Of a DNA stretch of 64,000 bases, positions 11,260 through 23,538 are shown piece by piece. Each line of letters opens with the position of its first letter. Position 1 is the stretch's first letter. The notes under the pieces were generated by a model that worked only from the letters and a program-made list of their open reading frames with translations, did no database searches and had not been told where the DNA came from. The stretch is from Blepharisma stoltei ATCC 30299 (lineage: Eukaryota > Protista > Ciliophora): assembly GCA_965603825.1 (NCBI GenBank), contig CBFDEM010000053.1, forward strand, positions 930,001 through 994,000, given 5' to 3'. A program made the position numbers and the translations under genes.

Positions 11260-14200
11260 ATGAGTCTAAGGTCCAAATTAGAGCAGCTCATTCGTGACGC
11301 CAAAGATTATGACCCAGACAAGCGCTTTATGGCAGCTAATGATCTTTGCACCGAGCTTCTGAAGTCGCAAGACGAAATTGACGCCAATCTTGAAAAGCAG
11401 ATCTGTGCAATCTTTTTAACCCAATTAGATGACACCTCAATCGAAGTCCAAGGCAATGCCGTCAGGTGCATCAAAAGAACAGTCGGGAAAATCCAAGAAT
11501 CACAAGTCTCTGACGTCATTGAAAAGCTTGGCGTCTGCCTTGTGCAAGGAAAAGTCGAATTCAGGGATATTTACTCAACATGTCTTAAAGGACTTATAAG
11601 TGACGTCCCAGACTCATATTCTAGAACTGTGACAAGCACGATGCTGCCAATGCTGATGAACTGCATTAAGTTAAATGACCCACAGGTGAAAGAAGAAGCC
11701 ACTGATATTTTGACTGAGCTTCTGAGAAGATTTTCTGCACAGCTGTATGGGTCTAACGATAGGTCAGACTTGATAAATGCAGTTTCAGCTTTATTGAACA
11801 GTGATAGACCTTCTATTAGGAAAAAAGCTACACAGTGTATTGGCGCTGCAGCTGTAATCCTCCCTCAAAGCCAGCTACAAAATTTAGTTGGCTGGCTTAT
11901 GCAAAGCATCACCAGGGCTCATGACAGAAAAGACGTATACACCTTTATCCAAGCCATCAGTGCTATCAGCAGAACAGTTGGCTATAAGTTAAACAATTTC
12001 TTAAAAGACCTTTTGCCTCTTTTATTCCAATTTTGCAGCACCAGAGGACTGAGCATTGATTCTCCAGAAATCGATATGCAGCACGAATTAATAGAAATTT
12101 GTTTAGCATCAATAGAAAGCTTTATCAGAAAATGCCCAAGAGAAATTGTAGACCACATTGAAAATATTTTTGGTCTGGTATTTGACTTAATCAGCTATGA
12201 CCCAAATTACTCTTATAATGAAGACCAAATGGAAGAAGACGAGGACTGGGGCTCAGATTTTGAAGATGAAGAATTCAGTGACGCAGCTGGAGACGATTCT
12301 TCATGGAAAGTCAGAAGAGCCGCTGTACATGTGCTTGAAGCTATCATTAAAAGCAGGCCTGAAGTGCTATCTCCTTATTATTCCAGACTTGTAGAAAAAT
12401 TGGTAGATAGGTTTAAAGAAAGAGAAGAAAATGTGAAGCTTGATATTTTTAAAGCATTTTCTTCACTTATTAAAAGTATCTTGGTCGGAGATGTAGAAGC
12501 AGCTCACAGTGATGATTTAGCGCTGCCAACATTGGTGAGAACGAGGTCTTCAGCTGTTGTGCTAAATGACGAAGTCCCTATGATCATTCAAGGCGTTCTT
12601 AAAGAGCTCAGTTCAAAAAACTCAAGAACCCGTCAAGGAGTGACCACGTTTTTAATGGACATGTCATTATCATTACCAGCAAAGCTAAATGAAAATCTTG
12701 GGCTTATTTTGAATGAAATCACTAAAAACCTTGAAGACATCAATAACTCAAATTTGAGAATGGACACCTTAATCATGCTGAAGAGACTGTTTAGAAGTGG
12801 GGCAAGTGAGAACTTGCAAGATATTTTTGGAGTTTTGCTGCCACATATACAAAAAGCTATAAGTGACGAATATTTCAAAATTGCAGCTGAAGGGCTAAGA
12901 GTTGCAGGAAGCATGGTAAAAGCACTGCCAGGTGTCGCTCAAGTTGTGAGATCGCTTTATCCTTTGGTGCTGAACAGATTGACGATGACAGATATTGACC
13001 AAGAAGTAAAACAAGCTTCGATTTACAGTGCAGCTATCATTTTATCAGTCTCTGCCTCTTCAATTGATACCAGAGATGTGAGAAGAACTCTTGAACTAAT
13101 CAATGACAGGCTTAAAAACGAAGTCACAAGAATGAACTGTTTGAAAGCTTGGACCAAGATTTCGCTTGGACAAGCTGATTTGCCAATCCATGACACCCCT
13201 GAAATTACTTCTGGATTAGAAGAAATGAGAACTCTGTTGAAAAAGAGCTCAAGAGCCCTTAAGCTTTCAACATTAGAGACAATTCTTGCTATAGTGAAAA
13301 AATACCACATTAAAAGTGACACTGTAGAAGAGCTAGCTACTGAGTTGCCTGTTTTTATTAATGACTCTGATTTACATCTTGCCCAAAATGCGCTTGAAAT
13401 CTTATCAGTGCTGCTAGAAAAGTATCATAGAATATCAAGGCATACGATGGACGCTATTTTGGCTAATATGAATACACTGTCAAAATCGTCACTTGTACAA
13501 GGAGGTGCCCTTGCTAAGTTATGCCAAGCTTACTCTAGCTTAGTTAAGGATGCTGGAATAGGCCAAAGAGAGCTCTGTGCAAGCTTGCAAGCAAATATGC
13601 AGGATGTGCATAGGCATGGCTATGAGTCTACTGCTCAGTGCATTGCATCTGTATGTCTTGCTCAGCAAACTGACTATTTGAATGGATTCTTAGAAGAATG
13701 CGTCAAAAAACTAGGAGGAAATAACTCTCAAAAGCAGCTTTCAGCACTTTGCATTGGTGAGATTGGAAAACACATTGACTTAAGCGGGAAACGTCAAATT
13801 GATCAAGCTTTAATCGCTCTTTTTGACACTCCAGACGAAGACACTAAAATTTGTGCAAGTGTTGCTCTTGGCAAGCTTGCTGTCGGCAATCTGACCAACT
13901 ATCTACCACACATTTTTGCACAGTTCCACGTTGAAGCTCACCGTTATCTTCTTCTAATCGCTCTTAAAGAAGTCATCAGTCACCATTTCGACCGAATGGT
14001 CCCATATCTTGATACAATTCTGCCTTTGCTTTTTGACCACAGTGACTCCTCAGAAGAAAGTGTCCGTAGTCTTGTTGCTGAATGTTTAGGAAAACTATTT
14101 TCAGTATCTCCTGATAGAATATGCCCACAAATTGAGCACAGAATTACCACAGGGAATAACCTTTCAAGAGCTACCATTGTAAACTCAATTAAATTTGCAG

Positions 14201-14901
14201 CAACGAGCAAGATAAGTGCAGTTTCTGCGTTAGAAGGAATAATCCAAGCATTGATGACTTGTTTTAGTAACCCTGATGTGAATTTGAGAAGGTCGTGCAT
14301 GCTTTCGTTAAATGCAGTTGCTTATAATGTTCCTCAGGCTATCAAACATAATGTTAATGCTATTCTTGACCAAGTTTATCCAGAGACAGTTGTTAAACAA
14401 GAACTTATTAAAAAGGTGGATTTGGGACCATTTACGCATATTGTTGATGATGGGCTGCCATTGAGAAAAGCTGCTTATGGACTTTTGGAGACTTTGCTAG
14501 ATACTGTGCCTGAAAAAGTGGAGCCAAATACATTGGTGGAGCATTTGATAGTAGGGTTAGATGACCCATCAGAAGAAGTACAGATGCTTTGCCATCAGGT
14601 GTTGTCAAAACTTTCTACATGGGGAGGTGGAGCTGTGCTTGGAGCTCTTGACGCAATTGTGCTTCCTTTAAGAAAGAATGTTGAGAAGCAGCTCAAATTG
14701 ATTAATAATAAACAAGAAGTTGAGCGTGCAACTGATGTCCTCAGAAGCTGCTTTAGATGTGTTGATACTATCACTCATCACTTGGAAGCAGACTCAAATA
14801 TGAACTTCAGAGAATTCATCACCTATATTTCATCGGTAGGAGATCTTTCTAGTATTATGCAGGCTATCAAATCTCAAAGAGAAACTCTATACTTCGCTTA
14901 A
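11260..14901 (+). CDS. CAND1: Cullin-associated NEDD8-dissociated protein 1 (1213 aa)
   Basis: DPDKRFMAANDL, YDPNY, DDSSWKVRRAA, RFKEREENVK, VDLGPFTHIVDDGLPLRKAAY; HEAT repeats throughout. Confidence 0.95.
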   Translation: MSLRSKLEQLIRDAKDYDPDKRFMAANDLCTELLKSQDEIDANLEKQICAIFLTQLDDTSIEVQGNAVRCIKRTVGKIQESQVSDVIEKLGVCLVQGKVEFRDIYSTCLKGLISDVPDSYSRTVTSTMLPMLMNCIKLNDPQVKEEATDILTELLRRFSAQLYGSNDRSDLINAVSALLNSDRPSIRKKATQCIGAAAVILPQSQLQNLVGWLMQSITRAHDRKDVYTFIQAISAISRTVGYKLNNFLKDLLPLLFQFCSTRGLSIDSPEIDMQHELIEICLASIESFIRKCPREIVDHIENIFGLVFDLISYDPNYSYNEDQMEEDEDWGSDFEDEEFSDAAGDDSSWKVRRAAVHVLEAIIKSRPEVLSPYYSRLVEKLVDRFKEREENVKLDIFKAFSSLIKSILVGDVEAAHSDDLALPTLVRTRSSAVVLNDEVPMIIQGVLKELSSKNSRTRQGVTTFLMDMSLSLPAKLNENLGLILNEITKNLEDINNSNLRMDTLIMLKRLFRSGASENLQDIFGVLLPHIQKAISDEYFKIAAEGLRVAGSMVKALPGVAQVVRSLYPLVLNRLTMTDIDQEVKQASIYSAAIILSVSASSIDTRDVRRTLELINDRLKNEVTRMNCLKAWTKISLGQADLPIHDTPEITSGLEEMRTLLKKSSRALKLSTLETILAIVKKYHIKSDTVEELATELPVFINDSDLHLAQNALEILSVLLEKYHRISRHTMDAILANMNTLSKSSLVQGGALAKLCQAYSSLVKDAGIGQRELCASLQANMQDVHRHGYESTAQCIASVCLAQQTDYLNGFLEECVKKLGGNNSQKQLSALCIGEIGKHIDLSGKRQIDQALIALFDTPDEDTKICASVALGKLAVGNLTNYLPHIFAQFHVEAHRYLLLIALKEVISHHFDRMVPYLDTILPLLFDHSDSSEESVRSLVAECLGKLFSVSPDRICPQIEHRITTGNNLSRATIVNSIKFAATSKISAVSALEGIIQALMTCFSNPDVNLRRSCMLSLNAVAYNVPQAIKHNVNAILDQVYPETVVKQELIKKVDLGPFTHIVDDGLPLRKAAYGLLETLLDTVPEKVEPNTLVEHLIVGLDDPSEEVQMLCHQVLSKLSTWGGGAVLGALDAIVLPLRKNVEKQLKLINNKQEVERATDVLRSCFRCVDTITHHLEADSNMNFREFITYISSVGDLSSIMQAIKSQRETLYFA

Positions 14902-15046
14902 TTAAGAATAACTTAGCCAATTAATTCATTAAATAACTTCTTAGAGAGTTAAAATTGCAGCGGGTACATATTTTAATATGATATAGAAATTAAAATTTAA
15001 TTGATTTAGCGCATTTTATACTTTAAATAGCAAATCAAAGACTTAA

Positions 15047-15967
15047 ATGGGGTCACAAATGTCATGCTGAAGAGAGTTCTCTCCAGAAGCTGAAGATAGC
15101 ATAGAAGCTTTTCATCCTAAGAGAATAATAAAAACTGAATCCACTTTTAAAGGGTTAATCAAGATTCAAGCAGTATGAAGAGGCTATTCTGTGCGCAAGC
15201 CAGGTAGTTTTGTCAAGCTGCCAAAGTTTGAGAGCAACCAATGCAGCAAAATTGAACTCAAACTTGGCCCATTTAAGTTTCCTAAGATTCCTCCAATACA
15301 AGGTACTTATAATCCGAAACCGATAAAATTCAATGATGAATCTATCTATTTAGGAGAATGAAAAAACCATTTACGCCAGGGCAAAGGAGTTCAGGTATGA
15401 AAGAATGGCTCTAAGTATGTAGGATACTGGATAAACGATAAGCAGCACTTTTTAGGAAGAATGATTCACTCTAATGGAGACTGCTATGAAGGCGAATGGA
15501 AAGATGGAAAAGCACATGGAGCAGGGAAATTCATGCATTATGAAGGTGCAATGTATGAAGGCTCCTGAAATAATGATACTCAGCAAGGACAAGGAAAAGA
15601 ACTCTGGCCAGATGGAGCAAGATATGAAGGAGAGTATTTTGAAGGAAAAAAGCATGGCTATGGTGAATTTTTTTGGTCTGATGGATCATACTATAAAGGC
15701 TTTTTCACTAACAATAATATTGAAGGAAAGGGGGCTTATTATTGAGCTGATGGGAAGGTATACACAGGATCTTGGGTTAATAATCAAATGCAAGGCTCAG
15801 GCAACTTTGAGTGGCCTGATGGGAGGCGATATTCAGGCCAATACTTTAAAGACAAAATGCACGGAGAAGGGATTTTGACATTTCCAGATGGAAGAAGGGT
15901 TATTGGGACATGGATAAATGGGGAACTTCAAAAGAACTCCTCAATTAAACCTGAACAAAAATCATAA
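15047..15967 (+). CDS. IQ and MORN-repeat protein (~306 aa), missed by the ORF track
   Basis: MGSQMSC...IQAVWRGY, then YxGxWxxxxxHGxG repeats; six in-frame TGA (15068, 15176, 15359, 15398, 15566, 15743), five at IQ/MORN Trp positions; ends TAA. Confidence 0.9.
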
Positions 15968-16281
15968 ATGTAATTTATTATTCAAATAATAAATCACCAT
16001 GATCTTTTTGCTCAATTACACACAAATAAAAATTGATTGATATTACCTTCTTTTTTTATTTATCAAAATAAATTAAATGAAATTTCATATTTCTTGCATG
16101 TAAATAAACCAATATTTTCAGATATATAGAAATATCAAAATATCAACCATTATACTTTAATGCTAAGTATTAGAAATTCAAAAGAAAAGCCTTGCCTAAA
16201 TTCTGAAAATCTTTCGAAACTGTTTTTCTTTTTAAAATAATAGAAAGAATAATATTGAACTTATGATTATGCAATTAAATT

Positions 16282-18573
16282 ATGTCATCATTAGAAACTG
16301 TAAAGGTTGTTGTAAGGGTGAGGCCACTCCTACAAATTGAACTTAATAAGTCATGCCAAATAGTAGTCGATTCTGACAGAGCTCAAAGCCAAATTATTAT
16401 AAAAAATCCAAAAACCTCTGCAACTAAAATTTTCGCTTATGACAACATATATCCTCAAGACTCCTCACAAGAGCTCATATATGACGAAACAGCCTTTCCT
16501 TTAATCGAGCAAGTAATTGAAGGTTATAACGGCACTATTTTTGCATATGGACAAACAGGCTGTGGGAAAACCTATACCATGGTTGGAAATCCCCAAAAAG
16601 AAGAACAAGGGATCCTGCCTAATTCTTTTCATCATATTTTTGGCTGTGTCGGCGAATCATCCCAGAATAAAAAATTCCTTATCAGATGTTCTTATTGTGA
16701 GATATATAATGAAGAAATAAGGGATTTACTAAATTATGATGAAAAGAATAAACTTGAGCTTTTGGAGTCAAAAGAAAAAGGAATCCATGTGAAAGGACTC
16801 AATCTGCAAATTGTGAAAAGTGCTGAAGACGTCGCAAACGCAATGGAGATGGGGAATGCACATCGAGTTACCAAGCAAACACAAATGAACGAACGATCGT
16901 CAAGAAGCCATGCAATTTTTACGATTTATATAGAAACAAGCCAGGAGATCTCAGGAAGAGAAACTATCAGAGCTGGAAAAATTAATTTTGTGGATTTGGC
17001 TGGGTCTGAAAGACAAAAAAAGACAGGAGTTGTTGGGGATAGGCTGAAGGAAGCCATTGAGATTAATTTATCACTGAGTGCGCTTGGAAATGTGATCAAT
17101 GCTCTAGTTGATGGAAATGTAACTCATATCCCATATAGAGATTCAAAACTAACACGTCTTCTTCAAGATTCATTAGGAGGAAACACAAAAACAGTTATGA
17201 TTGCTGTGGTTTCCCCAGCTGATTATAACTATGAAGAATCTCTCAGTACACTTCGTTATGCATCTCGAGCAAAATTTATAAAAAACAAGCCAATAATAAA
17301 TGAAGACCCAAAAGACGCATTACTTAGATCTTATGCTGAAGAAATTGAAAGACTAAAAAGACTTTTATATGAAAAAAACCCAAACGCGACTGGAAGTTTC
17401 ATTGAGTATACAAGGGAATCCAAAACTAGAGCAGAGTCAGAATTTGATGATACAGAATCACGCTCAAGCCTTGACCAATCTAAAATTCTTAAGCGGGAAA
17501 GAGACTCAAGTCTCAGGACGGTAAGAAGTAAATCAAGAAATTCAGACCCAAAAAAAAAGCATTCATCAGTCACCCCAATGCTTATGTCTAATGCTTCTTC
17601 TTTTAGTGAAGAACAAGAAGTTAACACAGAAAGAGAAAACCTTGAAATGATGGTCAAAAAATTAGAAGAACAATTAGTAGTTGGCGGGGAGGCTCTTTTT
17701 AATGCAGAACAAGAAAGACTTAACGCCAAAAGAGAATTTCTGAAAAAATTGAAAAAACAAAGAGAAAAAGAAAAAAAACTAGCTGAAAAAAATAAGCAGC
17801 ATGAAGAAGAACTAATGAAAAAAGAAAAAAACTATGCCAGCCTGCAAGAAGAAGTCGATGCTTTAAGAGAGTCCAATAAATTATTGCAGACAAAGTATGA
17901 TGCAGCTTTAAGCGAAATTGATGATATAAATAAAGAAAAAACAAGAGAGCAGGAAGAAGTTTTTAACGCTTATAGAGCTTCAGAAAGAGAAATTGAATTT
18001 TTGAATCAAGTCATCATGAATTTTGTAGATTTAAATGAGTTGATGAAGATCAAGATGAAGTCACAGTATGATGAGGACAATCATACGTGAAAAGTACCTG
18101 CATTTGTTGTGCAGAAGAAACAGACTTTGTTTCCGAAGCTCCCGAGAGCACAACTTAGAGAAGTTGTGCAAAGGGAGCTTAAACAAAGGCATTTGGTTTT
18201 TAAAGGGAGGGGATCTCCTAGTCCAGATGTGTGGAACCCAATATCTGAAGAATCTGATGAAGATAAAGATTTATCTCCTGGGCCACATATTGTGAAGTGT
18301 CAGTTGGATTATTTAGGAAATCATTTTTCGAACAGCCCTCAGGAACATGATGCGAGACCGACAACTTCTGGGACGAAAAGTAGGAATCAGAAATATAGGA
18401 ATAGGGTGCAGAGACCAATGGAGCCAATAGAATCGGGGATGGGTTCTGAAAAATCTGATTGGAATAATCAGTGTATCAAGAAAAAAATGCTATCACCGAT
18501 TCAAAGAAAGCCATCAAGGCCATATCAAGAAGAGCATGCTGCTTTTAGTAGAAGTGGGCTGAAAATTTTGTAA
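16282..18573 (+). CDS. Kinesin-2 family motor, KIF3/KIF17/OSM-3-like (~763 aa)
   Basis: GYNGTIFAYGQTGCGKT, NERSSRSHAIF, VDLAGSER, HIPYRDSKLTRLLQDSLGGN, INEDPKDALLR; tail joined through TGA 18088-90. Confidence 0.92.
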
Positions 18574-18940
18574 TTGTTTAAAATTCTTTTGTCGAGATAT
18601 TTATACTTTAAACCTAATTATGTCAAATTATGTGCAACATTTATTTCACATAATATTGAGCGAATTAAACTAAATTAAATTTAATAAAGCGCGTAATAGT
18701 ATAAAATCTGAAAATCACCAAGAAATAAAACGAACTTTGATTATTTAAAGGTATTTAATTCAGTATAGTTTGGCTATATTGTCTGCCAATCTTTCTGCAA
18801 GATCATTATTTTGTGTAAAAAAATAATAAATAATAGCAAGTGATTTGACTGCTATGAGCTTTTCAACATCTTAATGCCTTTTATAAGAGGATGATCGCTT
18901 TGAAATATGAAAAAACACCTTTCTTTAAAATATTTTAAAT

Positions 18941-19861
18941 TTGTACCTAGAATTAGACAGAGTTCTATATTTTGATATCCCTGGCTTCCAGGACAATCGT
19001 GGCTCTGACATAAATATAATAAATGCTTCAGTTATCAAAACAGTAATTGAAAATGCAAATTCAGTAAAAATAGTGTTTGTATGCGGTGAAGACGAGCTTA
19101 GCTTTTCAAGAGGTCAGGTATTCAAAGATCTAGTAGCGCGCTCTAAAGAGTTATTCCCAAATAGCCCAGCCATTCAAGAATCAAGCATGCTGGTTATTAC
19201 TAAGGCTGGAGAATGGACTAGCAATAACCCTTATAATTATATTGTCCATAAAACAGATTTAACCGATGCCAAAGATTTTTTAACTCCTGATAAAATTTCT
19301 TCAATGTCAAGCAGCTTGGCAGATTTTGAAAGGTCAGACATATTTGAAAAAATTAATAAGTTATTTCCAACAGCTGTTAGATAAGTCAACATTGGCGTTT
19401 TTTTTGAAGGAGACTTAAAACAAACTCTTAGTGAAATTTATGAAATCGAATTGTCTCTTGCACTTGAAAAAGCATGCAGTCAGATTCATCGATGCAGTAC
19501 CCTAAATGAAATAACAAATGCAATAAATTCCCTCAACAATATCTTTGGGCAAGGAGTTTCAAATGCAATTGCTTCATCAGAATTGATTAACCTTTTAAAG
19601 CCTTTATCATCGAGTATCTATGCTTCAGTCGAGCAAAATTTTAAAGAAAAAATAATTCAGACGAGGTCTACCTACTTCGCAATGTTAAATCAAAAAAAGG
19701 ATGAAATTGTAACTCAAAATACCAAATCAGAAATAGCTCAATGTCAAAGTAATATAATAGAAAGAGACAGAAAGATTGAAGAAATAAGACAAGAATTAAT
19801 GAAACCTGTGGAAGTGATAGTTAAAGTCATCCATCACGAATCAGACTGCTTCTTATTCTAA
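18941..19861 (+). pseudogene. 5'-truncated P-loop (TRAFAC/AIG1-like) GTPase with C-terminal CaaX and an internal TAA
   Basis: G3-like FDIPGFQDNRG and G4-like LVITK present; no P-loop; frame closed upstream by TAA 18926; single in-frame TAA 19382-84, then the same frame runs on to a coiled coil and ...SDCFLF*. Confidence 0.6.
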
Positions 19862-19920
19862 AAAGATAAATTTATTTTAGAAAATTTGCTTAAATTCTAT
19901 TTTAGTAAACAATTTTATTA

Positions 19921-20457
19921 TTAATCTTTAATCAATTGATACTCTTGCTCACTTGGCTGATTAATTTTTTCAACTATCTTTGCTCGCAACTTAAATACAA
20001 CGTTTGGGATTTCGATTTCTATATTTGAGTTCATATTATTTACTTCATTTATTGCTAAAATTAAACTCTGCATTGATTTTTGCAAGAAGAAAGACTTTAA
20101 TTCTTTAGATCTTGCGATAGCAATTCATGACCCTAAAAATATGATAGTAAAGATAATTGTTCCTGCTAAATTTGGAAGCTGATAAAAATAAAAGCCAAGT
20201 GAAAACCCTAAAAATAAAAGACAATAAATTCCTGAAACAACTGAAAGATATATAAGATATTGCCTTTTCAAGGCTAGGTTCAAGGAATTTAAAATTGTTA
20301 CAATAGAGTCTTGGTGCATTCATTGAGAAAACTTTTCATCTATTCGATATTTTGGCCACAGCTTTCAATTTAATTTGGCAAAAGGCTCACTCGATGACTC
20401 ACTGGATTTTTCATCAAAATCTTCCTCTGAATTGGTATAAACTTCTACTTCGTCCAT
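19921..20457 (-). CDS. Hypothetical two-TM membrane protein (~178 aa)
   Basis: ATG 20457, open with three TGA=Trp to TAA 19921-23; two hydrophobic segments. Confidence 0.65.
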
Positions 20458-20548
20458 TTTCTTTAATTACATAGAGTTTATAGCGTGCTAAATTAATATT
20501 TATTTATTTGAAGAGTGAGCTTGGATTCTTTGCGTAAAAATAGTAATT

Positions 20549-20785
20549 TTATTTGAGACCTGAAAATCTAGACATTTCTTCAATATAATCAATATTTGAC
20601 CTTAAGCTTGTAAAGTCCATTCGCCTATCATTTGATGTTTTTAAGCTTTTAAACTGAGGCTTAATAAACTCTATTGTTTCCCTTCTTGAAGACTCATCTT
20701 GAATTTTTATAGCGATTTTAGCAAATCTTCTGTAAAGTTTTAAAGCTTCACCTCGGAATATGAAGTCTTGCAAGTTTAGCTTCAT
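20549..20785 (-). CDS. LYR-motif protein, LYRM2-like (78 aa)
   Basis: LNLQDFIFRGEALKLYRRF..I...D.SSR...F resembles LYRM2. Confidence 0.75.
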   Translation of the reverse strand: MKLNLQDFIFRGEALKLYRRFAKIAIKIQDESSRRETIEFIKPQFKSLKTSNDRRMDFTSLRSNIDYIEEMSRFSGLK

Positions 20786-21070
20786 AATTTTCTAAAATGG
20801 ATTTATATTGAGTAAATTTATTTAAAATTACATAATTTAATTTTACAGATTTAATTTCTTTTAGTTTAAAAGATTAAAAATCATGATTCCTTAAAAACCT
20901 GTTGCCTTGAAATTGGCAAGATTTTTAAATATTTATATCTATTCTATCTATAATTGGGATTTTTAAATTTTATGATTTATTGACTATTCCATAAAACAGC
21001 GAATTTTATTGTTGATTTAACTGATTTTTACATAGCATTTTTAGTATTTTACCTCATCAAAATATTAATC

Positions 21071-22438
21071 ATGGAAATAAAAGACTTTCACTTTCCTCCT
21101 ATAGGCTCGCTATCAAACTATAATGACTCAGCAAGTCGATTTGAAACACACAGAAGGGTTTCGAATTTTTCTGAAATGAAAGTGGAATTAACTGAGAGAG
21201 AATGTAGATTGAAAAGAAGCCAAAGTAGATTAAATGCAAGCCACTCTGTAGAAAGAGTAGATTTTCACGCTAAAAAGCCAATTTATGATGAAATCAAGCA
21301 AGCTCTTTTAAGAAATAGAGAAATCAGCCTTTCAATAAAAAATAACGATAGCAGCCGTAAAGAAGATTATTTGAGAAAAAGTCTTGAAAGAGCGAAAAAT
21401 GATGCAATGGTAAATGTTGCAGCAGCATATAATGAAGCTGGAAAAGATTTATCTGTTAAGGTCTTAAACCAAGTGCTAAAATCAGTTGAAATATTATTGA
21501 AAGACCAAGCAAAATTTCAAAACGAAGCAGATATAATTCATAAAGTGTTAAAAAAATCAATTTTCATTGAAAAAGAAGAAATAAATGCTGAGATTATGGA
21601 TCACCTTTATGATGATAATAAAAACCTCATATTTAGCAGCGACAGAACAATCCCTTATTTCATTCTTTTAAAATCTTTATCAGAGAATTTTTTGAAGATG
21701 AAAGCTAAGTACGAAAAGAATAAGGAAATAATTTGTAATAGAACGGAAGAATTAGTGAAAGAAATTGAAGGAAAAGAAATAAAAATAAAAGAGTTAAATG
21801 AAAATATTGAAGATTTAAAAGAATCAAAAGAAAAATCTGATCAAGAAAAAGCTGATTTAATGAATAAATACAAAAGGCTAGAGGAAGACTTAAAATTTTA
21901 CATCAAAGTGTCCTCTGATAGAGAAAATATGGTACAAAAAGTGCAGAGGAATAATAATGATGGAAAAGAAATTATAAAAGACTTGGAATGGCAGATAAAA
22001 AAGTCTGAGCTAGATTATGATTATTTTTATTCCGAATATCGGAAATTGGACAAAGAGCATAATGAGCTGAAGCTAAAATATAACAATATGATGCTATCGT
22101 ATCCAAATATGATTGTAAAGTTAAAGCAATTGCATGAAGGGAATGAAGAATTAGAGAAAAGAATTTCTGGTCTAGAAGCAGAAAATTCTGAACTACACTT
22201 TAAAACTAGTGTCATCGATGACTTAACTCCAAGGCCAGATCTCGACAAGATAATTTCACTCTTACATATTAAAAATCCTCCAGAAAGAACCATTTCCAAA
22301 GCAAATACAATTACTATAGAGCTTCGCAAAGCAAAAAATAAAAAACTAAGAGAAAAAATAATGCAGGAAAATATTGAAACTTCATTAAATCCAAATCAAT
22401 CTGAAACATCTTCGCCTGATGCATCACCTCTGGTATAA
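21071..22438 (+). CDS. Hypothetical coiled-coil protein (455 aa)
   Basis: Long uninterrupted ORF, K/E-rich heptads, ends TAA. Confidence 0.7.
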   Translation: MEIKDFHFPPIGSLSNYNDSASRFETHRRVSNFSEMKVELTERECRLKRSQSRLNASHSVERVDFHAKKPIYDEIKQALLRNREISLSIKNNDSSRKEDYLRKSLERAKNDAMVNVAAAYNEAGKDLSVKVLNQVLKSVEILLKDQAKFQNEADIIHKVLKKSIFIEKEEINAEIMDHLYDDNKNLIFSSDRTIPYFILLKSLSENFLKMKAKYEKNKEIICNRTEELVKEIEGKEIKIKELNENIEDLKESKEKSDQEKADLMNKYKRLEEDLKFYIKVSSDRENMVQKVQRNNNDGKEIIKDLEWQIKKSELDYDYFYSEYRKLDKEHNELKLKYNNMMLSYPNMIVKLKQLHEGNEELEKRISGLEAENSELHFKTSVIDDLTPRPDLDKIISLLHIKNPPERTISKANTITIELRKAKNKKLREKIMQENIETSLNPNQSETSSPDASPLV

Positions 22439-22480
22439 TACAAAATTGTAAGATTATTTAAATTAATTCATAAGGTAAAA

Positions 22481-23410
22481 ATGGGTTTTGACATAGATTA
22501 TTACCTTGAAAAAGCAAAGGCAGGAGAACTTCTTGACGAATATGTAATCAAGTTAATAACGCTCGAGCTTAGAAATATGCTTGAGAATCAGCCAAACGTC
22601 GTCTCTGTCCCTACACCAGTAATCTGTATTGGAGATATACATGGCCAATTTTTTGATTTATTAGAAATCTTCAAAATAGGTGGCTCTCCACCAGACGTTT
22701 CTTATTTATTCCTCGGCGACTTCGTAGATCGTGGGCCTTGCTGTATTGAAACAATTACATTATTATCACTGCTAAAACTAAGATACCCCCAGCGAATAAC
22801 ATTATTAAGAGGAAACCACGAGACCAGAAGCATTACTCAGGTTTACGGTTTTTTCGCAGAGTGTCAACGAAAATTCGGGAATCCTTCAGTCTGGCAATAT
22901 TTTACAGACGCTTTTGACTTTTTGCCTATTTCAGCAGTAATTCAACAAACCTTATTTTGTGTCCATGGAGGTCTTTCTCCTTCAATATCAAGAGTTGACG
23001 AAATCAGAAGAATTGAAAGAACTCAAGAAATCCCTCATGAAGGCGGATTTTCTGACTTAATGTGATCAGACCCTGATGAAAATAATTTAGGATTTAGCAC
23101 CAGTAGCAGAGGTGCAGGGTATATGTTTGGGAAGGATATTGTTGATAAATTTTTGCATATGAATGATATATCACATATAATTAGAGCACATCAGCTGTGC
23201 AATGATGGGTATCAGGTTTTATTTGATGATACTTTTTCAACTGTTTGAAGTGCACCGAATTATTGTTTTAGGTTTAAAAATATGGCAAGCATTTTATTAG
23301 TTGATGAGAGGCTTAATAGACAGTTTGTAGTGTTCTCGGAAGCTCCTGAAAATTCAAGATATGAGGTTAATAAAATTTTTGAAGCGCAGCCTGATAATTT
23401 TTTAATTTAA
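22481..23410 (+). CDS. PPP-family Ser/Thr phosphatase catalytic subunit, PP2A/PP4/PPG1-like (~309 aa)
   Basis: GDIHGQ, GDFVDRG, RGNHE, HGGLSP, DLM[TGA]SDP, TV[TGA]SAPNYC; ends PDNFLI* (TAA 23408-10). Confidence 0.92.
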
Positions 23411-23538
23411 ATAAATAATTAATTAATTGATACATAAAATAGCAATTTTATATAAAAGTGATGGAATCTAACCAAATCCAATAGTGTTAATCAAAAATAA
23501 GAGATTTTTAATTAAATATATCAATTGAGAGCTCTTGG

